NCBI GenBank assembly: GCA_040754915.1
Contig: JBFMCB010000003.1
Coordinates: 1-44,131 of the forward strand
Direction of reading: 5' to 3'
DNA from: Chloroflexota bacterium
GTDB lineage: Bacteria; Chloroflexota; DTOL01; JACQYG01
Length of the DNA stretch: 44,131 nt
Shown: one piece after another, positions 28,288-36,883 of the stretch
Layout: every line of letters starts with the position of its first letter
Position numbering within the stretch: the stretch's first letter is position 1
Made by a program: the position numbers and the translations under genes
The notes under the pieces: model-generated
Seen by the model: the letters and a program-made list of their open reading frames with translations, nothing else
Told to the model about the DNA's origin: nothing
The model's database searches: none

Positions 28288-29355
28288 CTAGGTCAGGCTG
28301 CCCACGCCAGCGGCCTTGAGTTCGTCCGTGAGCGCCGGGATGACCTGGTATAGGTCACCGGCGATGCCGTAGTCAGCGAACTTGAATATAGCGGCATCGG
28401 GGTTGGAGTTGACGGCCACGATATACTTTGAGCCGCGCATGCCCATCAGGTGCTGGATGGAGCCGGAGATGCCGCAGGCAAAGTACACCCGTGGGCGCAC
28501 GAGGTTGCCCGTTATGCCCACCTGGCGGTCCCTGGTAGCCCAGCCGGCCTCCACCGCGGCCCTGGAGGCGGCCACGGAGCCATTTAGCACCCGGGCCAGT
28601 TCCTCCAAGAGATTGAATCCCTCAGCGGTCCCCAGCCCCCGGCCGCCGGCCACGATGACCTGGGCCTCCTGCAAATCGGCAGGGCGGGGGAACTCATTCA
28701 CCACCCTGCGGGGCTTGACCCTGAGATCGCCATCATCCAGGGAAACCTCGGCTCTCTCCACCGCCCCCTCCCGGGAGGGGTCCGCCTGCATGGCGTGAAG
28801 CACGCCCGGGCGGACCGTGGCCATCTGCGGCCGATGCTGCGGGCAGGCCATGGTGGCCAGCAAGGTGCCGCCGTGGAGGGGCCTGGTGGATAGAAGCAAC
28901 CGCTCCGACTCGTCAATATCGATGGCCACGCAGTCGGTGGTCAACCCGGTGGCCAGTCTCTGAGCCAGGCGAGGGGCGAGGTCGTTGCCATTAGCGGTAG
29001 CCCCCAAGAGGAGTATCTCCGGCTTTTTCTCCTGGATCAAAGCCGCCAGGGCCTTTGTGTACGTCTCGGCAGTGTAAGTCGCCAGAAGTGGGTGCTCGGC
29101 CAGGTGAACCCGGTCCGCGCCGAAGCTGATCAGCTGCTCGGCCAAGGCTTCTACCCTGTCTCCAAGGAGCGCCACTTCCACCCGGGCTCCCAGCCGCTCG
29201 GCCAGCTCCCGAGAGCGTCCCAGTAGCTCTTTGGTCACGCGCAGGAGCTTGCCCTCTCGGTGCTCGGCAACCACCCAGATATGGCGATAGGCGGCCAGGC
29301 CCGTCTCTTCTTCGGCAAGCCCGCCGGTCAACGCCTGTAGATAATCCAAGTCCAT
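28288..29355 (-). CDS. etfA: Electron transfer flavoprotein subunit alpha
   Basis: IWVVAEH, GLTTDC, TRP..GG, RPQMATVRPG, VAGGRG, ASRAAV, QVGITG, GISGSIQH, AVNSNPDAAIF. Confidence 0.95.
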   Translation of the reverse strand: MDLDYLQALTGGLAEEETGLAAYRHIWVVAEHREGKLLRVTKELLGRSRELAERLGARVEVALLGDRVEALAEQLISFGADRVHLAEHPLLATYTAETYTKALAALIQEKKPEILLLGATANGNDLAPRLAQRLATGLTTDCVAIDIDESERLLLSTRPLHGGTLLATMACPQHRPQMATVRPGVLHAMQADPSREGAVERAEVSLDDGDLRVKPRRVVNEFPRPADLQEAQVIVAGGRGLGTAEGFNLLEELARVLNGSVAASRAAVEAGWATRDRQVGITGNLVRPRVYFACGISGSIQHLMGMRGSKYIVAVNSNPDAAIFKFADYGIAGDLYQVIPALTDELKAAGVGSLT

Positions 29356-29384
29356 GGTTTCAAGCCTCCTCTAGGAGATGTGCC

Positions 29385-30209
29385 CTATGAGAGTTCGAGA
29401 TTCGCTATCTCGCGCAGCCTGGCCCAGCGGGCTGGGCCGCTCAGGCATTCTATGGAGCGGATGTCCAGCGGGTCTAGCTCCTGGCGCAGCAGCCTGAGCT
29501 CCTCTGCGGTCGGCGCAGGTGTTTCCTTCAAATCTGGCGCTATGGCCAGGGGGAAACCGGTCTTCGCCTGGATGCTCTCCAGCGTGACCCCGGGATGGTA
29601 GGTGACCAGGCGCAGACGGCCGCCGTTGAAATCGAAGGTGCCCAGGTCACTCACCAGATACCGGCCTTTGGCCGCTGCCCCCGGGCCTCCCAAAGAAACC
29701 CCCAGGCCGCTCTTGAAATCCAACCTTTTCACGAACGTGGCTCGGCCGTGCCGGGGCACGTAGAAGTATAACTCATCGTAGTATGTGGTCACGTCGGCGA
29801 TGCCGCCGCATCCGGGCAGCCGCAGCCGAGGCCGGTGGTAGTTCCCGATGGCCACGTTGTTGGTATTCCCCCAGGGGTCGATCTGCGCTGGCCGCAGGAA
29901 TTCCTTGGGCTTGAGCGTCGGCAGGCATTCGCAAACGATCTCCGGGAAGGTCAGTTGGCGCAAGGCCTTGCCAACCCAGACGTCTTCTATGCCGGAGAGG
30001 GATAAGGGTGCCCAGTCGGAGCAGATGGCATTCCCGATGGCGGAGGCAAATATTATATTTCGCGCGTGGGTGCGCTTGGCCAAAAGATAGGCCGCCATAA
30101 CCAGGGGGGTGGCGATGCCCTGGACCACCACGTCGCCATCGTTGACCTGGTGGGCGATGCAACTGGCCATCAAGTCGGAAACGGTATAATCGGCGGTCAT
30201 CTTTGGCAT
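29385..30209 (-). CDS. Family I CoA-transferase-fold protein, beta subunit (GctB/AibB/IpdB-like)
   Basis: DGDVVVQGIATPL, AKRTHA, AQIDPWGNTN, RLPGCGG, SDLGTFDF, HPGVT...TGF. Confidence 0.85.
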   Translation of the reverse strand: MPKMTADYTVSDLMASCIAHQVNDGDVVVQGIATPLVMAAYLLAKRTHARNIIFASAIGNAICSDWAPLSLSGIEDVWVGKALRQLTFPEIVCECLPTLKPKEFLRPAQIDPWGNTNNVAIGNYHRPRLRLPGCGGIADVTTYYDELYFYVPRHGRATFVKRLDFKSGLGVSLGGPGAAAKGRYLVSDLGTFDFNGGRLRLVTYHPGVTLESIQAKTGFPLAIAPDLKETPAPTAEELRLLRQELDPLDIRSIECLSGPARWARLREIANLELS

Positions 30210-30221
30210 TCCAGCACCTGC

Positions 30222-31016
30222 CTAATCGCTGCCAAGGAAGCGCTCCAGGTAGCCGGGGAAGTCCTCCCGCTGGCAGGCCAGGACGTAGTCCAGTATCTCC
30301 AGGCTGGCCAAGGGGTATAGCGGGAAACAGGACGTGGGCTTGGCCCCGCCGGGGGCCTCTACCACCGCTGTCACCCTGGCGCCAAGCAGGTCGATTTCCC
30401 CACCCAGGTCAGCTGGGGAGTCCACGATGCGTTCGGCGGTGAGCACCATCCGGTTCGCAGTGAGGGCGATGTCGCGATCAATGGCCTTGTTCCCCAAAAG
30501 GCGGGCATTGCCATTCCTATCAGCGATCTGGCAATGTACCACGGCCACATCGGGCCGCAAGGCCGGGAAGGCCACCAACTGTCGCTTCGTGTACGGACAG
30601 GTCACGAGCTCGATGTCGGGCCGGACCGCCAGGATGTCGGTGCCCAGGAGTCCCTGCCCGGGCATGAATCCCACTCCCGCCAGGGTTGCTCTGAGCCCGA
30701 AGGCGATGGTGGCCTCGGTCTCCTCCACCACCTCCAGGCCACCGGAGCTGGCGAGCCTGGTGAACATGGGAGCGAGCCCGAAGGTCTCCAGCCCGAAGTA
30801 GCAGGTGCGAACCCGCCTTACCAGACCGGCCCCCACCAGGAGATCGCTCTCGAAGCCGCCGGTGAGCTCCAATAGCGTTAGCTCACCAACCCGCTGGCGA
30901 AGGAGTTCTCGGACGAAGGCCACCGGGCGGCGATAGAGCGTCATGCCACCCAGGGCCAGGATATCGCCCGGACGAACCAACTCGACCGCCTCTCGAAGGG
31001 TGATGATCTTGGACAA
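30222..31016 (-). CDS. Family I CoA-transferase-fold protein, alpha subunit (GctA/AibA/IpdA-like)
   Basis: MSKIITLREAV..VRPGD.LALGG, DLLVGAG, CPYT, PALRPDVAVVH..ADRNGN, TAERIV, GAKPTSC. Confidence 0.88.
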   Translation of the reverse strand: MSKIITLREAVELVRPGDILALGGMTLYRRPVAFVRELLRQRVGELTLLELTGGFESDLLVGAGLVRRVRTCYFGLETFGLAPMFTRLASSGGLEVVEETEATIAFGLRATLAGVGFMPGQGLLGTDILAVRPDIELVTCPYTKRQLVAFPALRPDVAVVHCQIADRNGNARLLGNKAIDRDIALTANRMVLTAERIVDSPADLGGEIDLLGARVTAVVEAPGGAKPTSCFPLYPLASLEILDYVLACQREDFPGYLERFLGSD

Positions 31017-31036
31017 CTTTCCCTACTATAAAGAGC

Positions 31037-31831
31037 TTAAACCAAGTTCTTCGCCCGCAGCCGGCCCACCAGGGCTCTGGCCTGCTCCTGGGGGCTGCCG
31101 GTCAACATCTCCGGAGGCCCTTTGGGCTCGGGCACCGTGCTAGCTCGTATCTGAGTGGCAGAGCCAGCGGCGCCTACCTTCTGTGGTTCCAGGCCCAGGT
31201 CCTGGGCGGTCCAGACCACGAACTTTTCAGATCCTGGTGGCTCCTGGTAGGCGTTCATTATCCGGGCACCATGGGGCAGTCGCGGCAGGTTAGCGGCGCT
31301 GTTCACGGTGACCAGGGCGGGCAGCGCCACCTCCACCTCCAGATAGCTATCCTCCAGGACCCTTTTGGCAAGGACGGAGCCGTTGTCTATCTCAAGGGCA
31401 CTGACATTGGTGACTTGAGGATAACCCAGACACTCAGCCAGGCGAGGGCCAACCTGGGCGTTGGTGCCGTGGCCGGAGAGCTGCCCGGCCAGGATCAGGT
31501 CGGGCAAGCCGATCCTATGGATGGCAGAGCCCAGGGCGTAGGTGGTGGCCAGGGCATCAGGATCGGCGAAGGCCGGGTCGGAGAGCAGGTAGGCCCGGTC
31601 CGCCCCCATGGCCAGGGCCTCCCTCAAAGCCTCCTCCGCCTCCGGTGGGCCCAGGGAAAGCACGGTTACCCTGGCGCCCAACGAGTCTTTCAATTTCAGG
31701 GCCTCCTCCAGGGCCCTCAGGTCGTCAGGATTAATGATCAAGGGGACCCCTGCGGTGACCAGCCTGCCCTGGCGGGAGACCCGAAGCTTTGTAGGATCGT
31801 GTATCTGCTTGACTAGGACGATTATCTCCAT
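31037..31831 (-). CDS. etfB: Electron transfer flavoprotein subunit beta
   Basis: IVLVKQI.D, GVPLIINPDD..ALEEALKLK, ALAMGAD, QVGP, LPALVTV, PR.P, GS.T. Confidence 0.93.
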   Translation of the reverse strand: MEIIVLVKQIHDPTKLRVSRQGRLVTAGVPLIINPDDLRALEEALKLKDSLGARVTVLSLGPPEAEEALREALAMGADRAYLLSDPAFADPDALATTYALGSAIHRIGLPDLILAGQLSGHGTNAQVGPRLAECLGYPQVTNVSALEIDNGSVLAKRVLEDSYLEVEVALPALVTVNSAANLPRLPHGARIMNAYQEPPGSEKFVVWTAQDLGLEPQKVGAAGSATQIRASTVPEPKGPPEMLTGSPQEQARALVGRLRAKNLV

Positions 31832-31847
31832 TCTGCTCTCCTATATC

Positions 31848-31977
31848 TGTCATTGCGAGCCGAAGCGAAGCAATCTCATTGCACCTGGGGATTGCGGAGC
31901 CTGTTCCGAGCGAAGCGAGGAATCCCCGAGTTTGCTTCGGCTCCGCCTCGCAATCGCTCCGGCTCCTCGCAATGACA
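31848..31977. repeat. REP/MITE-like palindromic element with 12-bp terminal inverted repeats
   Basis: tgtcattgcgag (31848-31859) and ctcgcaatgaca (31966-31977), with nested inverted pairs gattgcg/cgcaatc and ggagcc/ggctcc and internal gcgaagc units. Confidence 0.8.
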
Positions 31978-32017
31978 TCTGCCATCTCTCCTATCGAGGT
32001 TATCTCTCGCTATCCCC

Positions 32018-33184
32018 TCAAGGGCTGATGCGGACGCCGACCTGGCGGAAGATGTCGGCGGCCACTACGATGCGCTGCACCTCATTTGTCCCTTCGAAGA
32101 TCTCGGCGATGCGCGCATCCCGGTAGCCGCGCTCGATGGCAAACCCCCGCATGTAGCCCATCCCGCCATGGATCTGCACCGCCCGATCGATGCAGCGTGA
32201 TGCCACCTCGGAGCCGTAGAATTTGCAGATAGCGGCCTCGCGGCTGAAAGGCCGACCGGTGTCCACCATCCAGGCCGTGCGATACACCAACGAGCGGAGC
32301 GCCTCGATCTCTGCCGACATCTCCGCCACCATCCACTGGATCGCCTGCTTCTGGGCGATGGGGACGCCGAATTGTTGGCGCTGGGAGGCAAAGTGCACGC
32401 TCATCTCCAGGGCCGCTTGCGCGCCGCCCAGGCAGGCCGCAGCCAGGCTTACGCGGCCGATGTCCAGGGTCTTCATGGCGGTGACAAACCCGGCCCCAAA
32501 GGTGCCTAACACGTTCTCTTTGGGCACCCGGCAATCGTTGAAGATCAGTTCCGCAGTGGAGGAGCCTCGGATCCCCATTTTCTCCTCTATGCTGCCGATG
32601 GAGAAACCGGGGAAATCTTTCTCCACGATGAAGGCAGTGACACCACCGCGGGCACCTAGGGCTTTGTCGGTGACGGCGAAGACCGAGATCACGTCGGCGA
32701 TATCGCCATTGGTGATCCAGATCTTGTTGCCGTTGAGCACGTAGTAGTCGCCGTCGCGAACCGCCATGGTGCGGATGGCGGCCGCGTCGGAGCCGGCCTG
32801 GGGCTCGGTGAGGGCAAAGGCAGCGATCTTCTCCCCCTTGGCCAGAGGGGTCAGATACTTTTTCTTTTGCTCCGGTGTTCCATCCAGGTAGATGGCCATG
32901 GCCCCAATGCCGGTATGGGCGCCAATGACGGTGGCAGTGGAGGTGCAGACCTTACCCAGCTCCTCCATCAGGATGCAATAGCCGATCTCTCCAGCGCCGA
33001 CGCCTCCGTATTCCTGGGGGAACGGGACGCCCATGAGCCCGAGCTGGGCCGCCTTGCGCACCGTTTCCATTGGCACCCTCTCCGTCTCGTCTATCTCCGT
33101 GGCCAGGGGCCGCACCTCGCGCTCGGCGAATTCCCGGATCATCTTGCGCAACAGCTCATGTTCCTTACTGAAAGTGAAGTCCAT
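32018..33184 (-). CDS. Acyl-CoA dehydrogenase (butyryl-CoA dehydrogenase-like)
   Basis: FALTEPQAGSDA, LNGNKIWITNG, EEKMGIRGS, RQQFG, IFEGTNEVQR (catalytic Glu). Confidence 0.96.
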   Translation of the reverse strand: MDFTFSKEHELLRKMIREFAEREVRPLATEIDETERVPMETVRKAAQLGLMGVPFPQEYGGVGAGEIGYCILMEELGKVCTSTATVIGAHTGIGAMAIYLDGTPEQKKKYLTPLAKGEKIAAFALTEPQAGSDAAAIRTMAVRDGDYYVLNGNKIWITNGDIADVISVFAVTDKALGARGGVTAFIVEKDFPGFSIGSIEEKMGIRGSSTAELIFNDCRVPKENVLGTFGAGFVTAMKTLDIGRVSLAAACLGGAQAALEMSVHFASQRQQFGVPIAQKQAIQWMVAEMSAEIEALRSLVYRTAWMVDTGRPFSREAAICKFYGSEVASRCIDRAVQIHGGMGYMRGFAIERGYRDARIAEIFEGTNEVQRIVVAADIFRQVGVRISP

Positions 33185-33194
33185 GCCATACCTC

Positions 33195-34361
33195 CTACGG
33201 CATCAACCGCACTCCGACCTCTTTGAACAGGTCCGAGGCGATGACGAAACGCTGGATCTCGTTGGTACCCTCGAAGATCTCGGTGATGCGAGCATCTCGA
33301 TAATATCGTTCGATAGGAAAGCGCTTCATGTAGCCCATGCCGCCGTGGACCTGGACAGCCTTGTTCACCGCCCGCACCAAGATCTGAGAGCCCCACAGCT
33401 TGCACATGGCGGCCTCCCGGCTATATTTCTTGCCCATCTCGGCCAACCAGGCGGCGTGATAGACCATGTGGCGCAGAGATTCGATCTCCGTGGCCATGTC
33501 GGCGATGATAAATTGAATGGCCTGCTTGTTGGCGATGGGCCCGCCGAACTGCTGGCGCTGGGAGGCGAATTCAATGCTGGCCTTGAGGGCCGCCTGGGCA
33601 CCGCCCAGACAGGAGGCGCCAATGCTCAAGCGCCCGAAGTCCAGGGTCCTCATGGCGGTGAGAAAGCCCAGGCCCGGGCGGCCGCCCAGGAGGTTCGCAA
33701 CGGGGACGCGGCAGTCGTCGTAGAAGAGCTGGCAGGTGCTGGTGCCCCGCAGCCCCATTTTTTTCTCGCGCCAGCCCACCTTGAAGCCCGGGAAGTCCTT
33801 CTCTACGATGAAGGCGGAGATGCCCCGGGCGCCGGAGCCCTTGCTGGTGACGGCAAAGGTAACAATGAGGTCGGCGATGTCCCCGTTGGTGATCCAGGTC
33901 TTGGAGCCGTTCAATACGTAGTAGTCGCCATCTCTGACCGCGGAGGTAGTGATGCTGGCGGCGTCGGAGCCAGCATTGGGCTCGGTGAGCGCGAAGGCGG
34001 CCAGCTTCTCGCCCTTGGCCAGGGGCGTCAGGTACTTCTGTTTTTGCTCCTCGGTGCCGTCCAGGTAAATGGTCATGGCGCCCACGCCCACATCCACCCC
34101 GATGGTGCCAGCGGTGGCGGAGCAGACCTTGCCCAACTCCTCCATCATGATACAATAGGTGATGATGCCGGCATCAACCCCCCCGTACTTCTCTGGGAAG
34201 AGGATGCCGAAGAGATCGAGCTTGGCTGCTTTTTTCAAGGTTTCCAGAGGCGGACGCTCCTCCCGGTCCAGGGTCTCCGCCAGGGGCAGGACCTCTTTTT
34301 GGGCGAAATCCCGCACCATCTCCCGGAACATCTCTTGCTCTTCCGTAAAGGTAAAATCCAT
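33195..34361 (-). CDS. Acyl-CoA dehydrogenase (butyryl-CoA dehydrogenase-like)
   Basis: FALTEPNAGSDA, LNGSKTWITNG, EKKMGLRG, RQQFG, IFEGTNEIQR. Confidence 0.96.
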   Translation of the reverse strand: MDFTFTEEQEMFREMVRDFAQKEVLPLAETLDREERPPLETLKKAAKLDLFGILFPEKYGGVDAGIITYCIMMEELGKVCSATAGTIGVDVGVGAMTIYLDGTEEQKQKYLTPLAKGEKLAAFALTEPNAGSDAASITTSAVRDGDYYVLNGSKTWITNGDIADLIVTFAVTSKGSGARGISAFIVEKDFPGFKVGWREKKMGLRGTSTCQLFYDDCRVPVANLLGGRPGLGFLTAMRTLDFGRLSIGASCLGGAQAALKASIEFASQRQQFGGPIANKQAIQFIIADMATEIESLRHMVYHAAWLAEMGKKYSREAAMCKLWGSQILVRAVNKAVQVHGGMGYMKRFPIERYYRDARITEIFEGTNEIQRFVIASDLFKEVGVRLMP

Positions 34362-34376
34362 GTCCTACCTCCAGCC

Positions 34377-35900
34377 TTAACCTCTTAACTCGCTTTTGAG
34401 GATTTTGCCTGTCCCGCCCTTGGGCAGGGATTCCCGGAACTCCACAGTGCGCGGGTACTTGAAAGAGGCCATTCGTTCCTTGCAGTAGTCGATGATCTCC
34501 TGCTCGCTGGCGGACATCCCGGGTTTCAGGACCACGAAGGCCTTGACCTCCTCCCCCAGGGCCTCCTCCGGAACACCCACCACGGCTGCTTCCGCGATGG
34601 CGGGATGGCCGTACAGGACCTCTTCGACCTCCCGGGGATAAACGTTGAAGCCACCTCGCAGGATCATGTCTTTCTTGCGATCGACGATGAAGAAGTAACC
34701 GTCCTCATCCAGCCGGGCGATGTCCCCGGTGTGGAACCATCCGTTCTTCATGGCTTCGGCCGTGGCCTCGGGCCGTTTGTAATACCCCTTCATCACGTTA
34801 TGGCCGCGGATCACGATCTCCCCTAATTCACCGGGCGGCACGGGCACGTCGTTAGCGTCCACGGCTTTCATCTCGGTGCCCCAGATGGGCAGGCCGATGG
34901 AGCCCGGCTTCCTGGGGCGTTCGCGCACGTTGAATGACGCCACCGGCGAGGTCTCCGAAAGGCCATAGCCCTCCAGGATGACCACGTTGTACTTGCGCTC
35001 GAAGCCCTTCATCACCTCCACTGGGATAGCCGCGCCGCCGGAGACGCAGAGGCGCAGGGAACTGACGTCGTACTTGCCGGCATCGGGATAGTTCAGCAAG
35101 TAGAAATACATGGTGGGCACTCCGGCGAAGATGGTGACCTTGTCCCGCTGGAAGATCTCCAGGGCCTGCTCCGGCTCGAACCTGGGCAGCATGGTCAGAG
35201 TGGCGCCGGCGTAAAAGGTCATGTTCATGGCACAGGTCTGCCCGAAGGAATGAAAGAGCGGCAGGGCGGCGATGGAAACGTCCTGGGGCGTCACCCCCAG
35301 GAGACGATCAGCGCAGAAGGCCGCGTTGTAGAACATATTGAAATGGGTCAGCTCGGCGCCCTTGGGCCGGCCGGTGGTGCCGGAGGTGTACAGCAGCACC
35401 GCCGTGTCGTCGGGCATGGTCCAGGCCATCTCGAAAGCTGGCGAGGCTACGGCCGAGAAGGCGCCGAAGGAGAGGGCGCCGTCAGGGAGGTAGTCGCTGC
35501 CGGGGGCGTTCACTACGATGAGGTGCTTGCAGGTCTCCGTGGCGGCCCAGCCCTTGTGGGCCTCTGCGGCGACGGCCTCCCAGGTGAACAGGGCAACGGC
35601 GTCCGAATCCTCCAGGTGGTACTGGATCTCGCCCGCTTTAAACTGGACGTTCAAGGGCACGACGGTGGCGCCGAGCTTGAGGATGCCGTAGTAAACGATG
35701 GGGAATTGGGGCACGTTCGGGAGCATCATGGCTACCTTGTCGCCACGTTGAACGCCCAGGGAGCGCAGGGCGTTGGCCACCTTGTTGCTGGCCGCATTTA
35801 GCTCTCCATAGGACATCCGTTTCTCGTCCATGATGATCGCGGTCTTGGCCGGGTCACGTTTGGCGCTTTCGTTCATTATCAATGCCAGGTTTAAAGACAT
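34377..35900 (-). CDS. Long-chain-fatty-acid--CoA ligase (AMP-forming, FadD/LcfB-like)
   Basis: YTSGTTGRPKG, LPLFHSFG, EGYGLSETSP, WFHTGDI, IVDRKKDMILRGGFNVYPREVE, GKILK. Confidence 0.95.
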   Translation of the reverse strand: MSLNLALIMNESAKRDPAKTAIIMDEKRMSYGELNAASNKVANALRSLGVQRGDKVAMMLPNVPQFPIVYYGILKLGATVVPLNVQFKAGEIQYHLEDSDAVALFTWEAVAAEAHKGWAATETCKHLIVVNAPGSDYLPDGALSFGAFSAVASPAFEMAWTMPDDTAVLLYTSGTTGRPKGAELTHFNMFYNAAFCADRLLGVTPQDVSIAALPLFHSFGQTCAMNMTFYAGATLTMLPRFEPEQALEIFQRDKVTIFAGVPTMYFYLLNYPDAGKYDVSSLRLCVSGGAAIPVEVMKGFERKYNVVILEGYGLSETSPVASFNVRERPRKPGSIGLPIWGTEMKAVDANDVPVPPGELGEIVIRGHNVMKGYYKRPEATAEAMKNGWFHTGDIARLDEDGYFFIVDRKKDMILRGGFNVYPREVEEVLYGHPAIAEAAVVGVPEEALGEEVKAFVVLKPGMSASEQEIIDYCKERMASFKYPRTVEFRESLPKGGTGKILKSELRG

Positions 35901-35918
35901 GGGCCATCTCCTAGAGAA

Positions 35919-36005
35919 TGTAGTCCTGGGTCCTTAGTCATTGGTCATTGGTCCGTGGTCGTTAGTCAACGGACTACGGACTATGGACCACGGACTACGG
36001 ACTAC
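35919..36005. repeat. Heptamer-periodic palindromic element, copy 1
   Basis: Seven 7-mers ending in gtc (tgtagtc ctgggtc cttagtc attggtc attggtc cgtggtc gttagtc), then aac, then five complementary ggacYaY 7-mers. Confidence 0.85.
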
Positions 36006-36791
36006 CTATCTATCCTGAAACTTCGGCTGGCGCTTCTGCAGGAATGCCGCGACGCCCTCGCGCATGTCCTCGGTCGCGGTGATGGCGGCGAAGCCGTCAG
36101 CCTCCAGGAGCAGGCCTTTCTCCAGGGAGGTCTGCAGTCCCCGGTCTACCACCTCCATGATCTTGCCCACCGCCACCTGGCCCTTGGTGAGGACCTTCTT
36201 GGCCAGGTCTTTAGCTGCCTTCACCACCTCGCCCTCGGGGACCACCTTGTTCACCAGCCCAATGCGATGGGCCTCCTGGGCGGTGATCATGTCGCCAGTC
36301 AGGAGCATCTCCAGGGCCTTGGCCTTGCCGACGAGGCGGGGCAGGCGCTGGGTGCCGCCGAAACCGGGGATGATCCCCAGGTTGATCTCGGGCTGGCCAA
36401 AGCGTGCCCGGTCGGTAGCCACCCGCATGTGGCAGGCCATGGCTAGCTCGTTGCCGCCTCCCAGGCAGACGCTGTTGATGGCAGCGATCACCGGCTTGCG
36501 CATGTTCTCGATCTTGTTTAGTATTCCCTGGCCCATGAGCACCACGGCCCGGGCATCTTCCGATCCCTTGAGCGCGGCGATCTCGTTGATGTCGGCGCCG
36601 GCGACGAAGGCGTATTGGCCGGCGCCGGTGATGACGATGGCCTTCACGCCATCGTCGGCGGCCAGCTCGTCCAGGGCGCTATTCAACTCCTGCATGGTAG
36701 GGGTGTTCAGGGCATTGACCGGGGGATGGTCAATCGTCAACACGGCAATGCGGTCTTCCACGCTGATCTTGATGTACTGGCGCTCGGTCAT
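36006..36791 (-). CDS. Enoyl-CoA hydratase (crotonase)
   Basis: FVAGADI, KPVIAAIN, LGGGNELAMACH, FGQPEINLGIIPGFGGTQRL (both catalytic Glu). ATG 36791 after AAGGAG. Confidence 0.95.
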   Translation of the reverse strand: MTERQYIKISVEDRIAVLTIDHPPVNALNTPTMQELNSALDELAADDGVKAIVITGAGQYAFVAGADINEIAALKGSEDARAVVLMGQGILNKIENMRKPVIAAINSVCLGGGNELAMACHMRVATDRARFGQPEINLGIIPGFGGTQRLPRLVGKAKALEMLLTGDMITAQEAHRIGLVNKVVPEGEVVKAAKDLAKKVLTKGQVAVGKIMEVVDRGLQTSLEKGLLLEADGFAAITATEDMREGVAAFLQKRQPKFQDR

Positions 36792-36840
36792 TTTCGTCTC
36801 CTTACTTGAGTTTATTGCTTGAATGGCCAATCATACTGGT

Positions 36841-36880
36841 GAATTCCAATTTCGAATTGCGAAATTCGAATTTCGAAATC
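36841..36880. repeat. Short tandem heptamer repeat (aatttcg-type)
   Basis: gaattcc aatttcg aattgcg aaattcg aatttcg aaatc in the dehydrogenase-hydratase spacer. Confidence 0.7.
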
Positions 36881-36883
36881 ATA

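Noticed and set aside
31731-31985. 84-aa minus-strand ORF across the palindromic element
   Set aside because: Mostly repeat-derived and overlaps etfB out of frame. Not called as a gene despite an RBS-like sequence.
33033-34388. 451-aa plus-strand ORF
   Set aside because: Antisense shadow of the acyl-CoA dehydrogenases.
35919-36005. Heptamer arrays as a CRISPR array
   Set aside because: Units are 7 nt with no unique spacers, and there are no cas genes.
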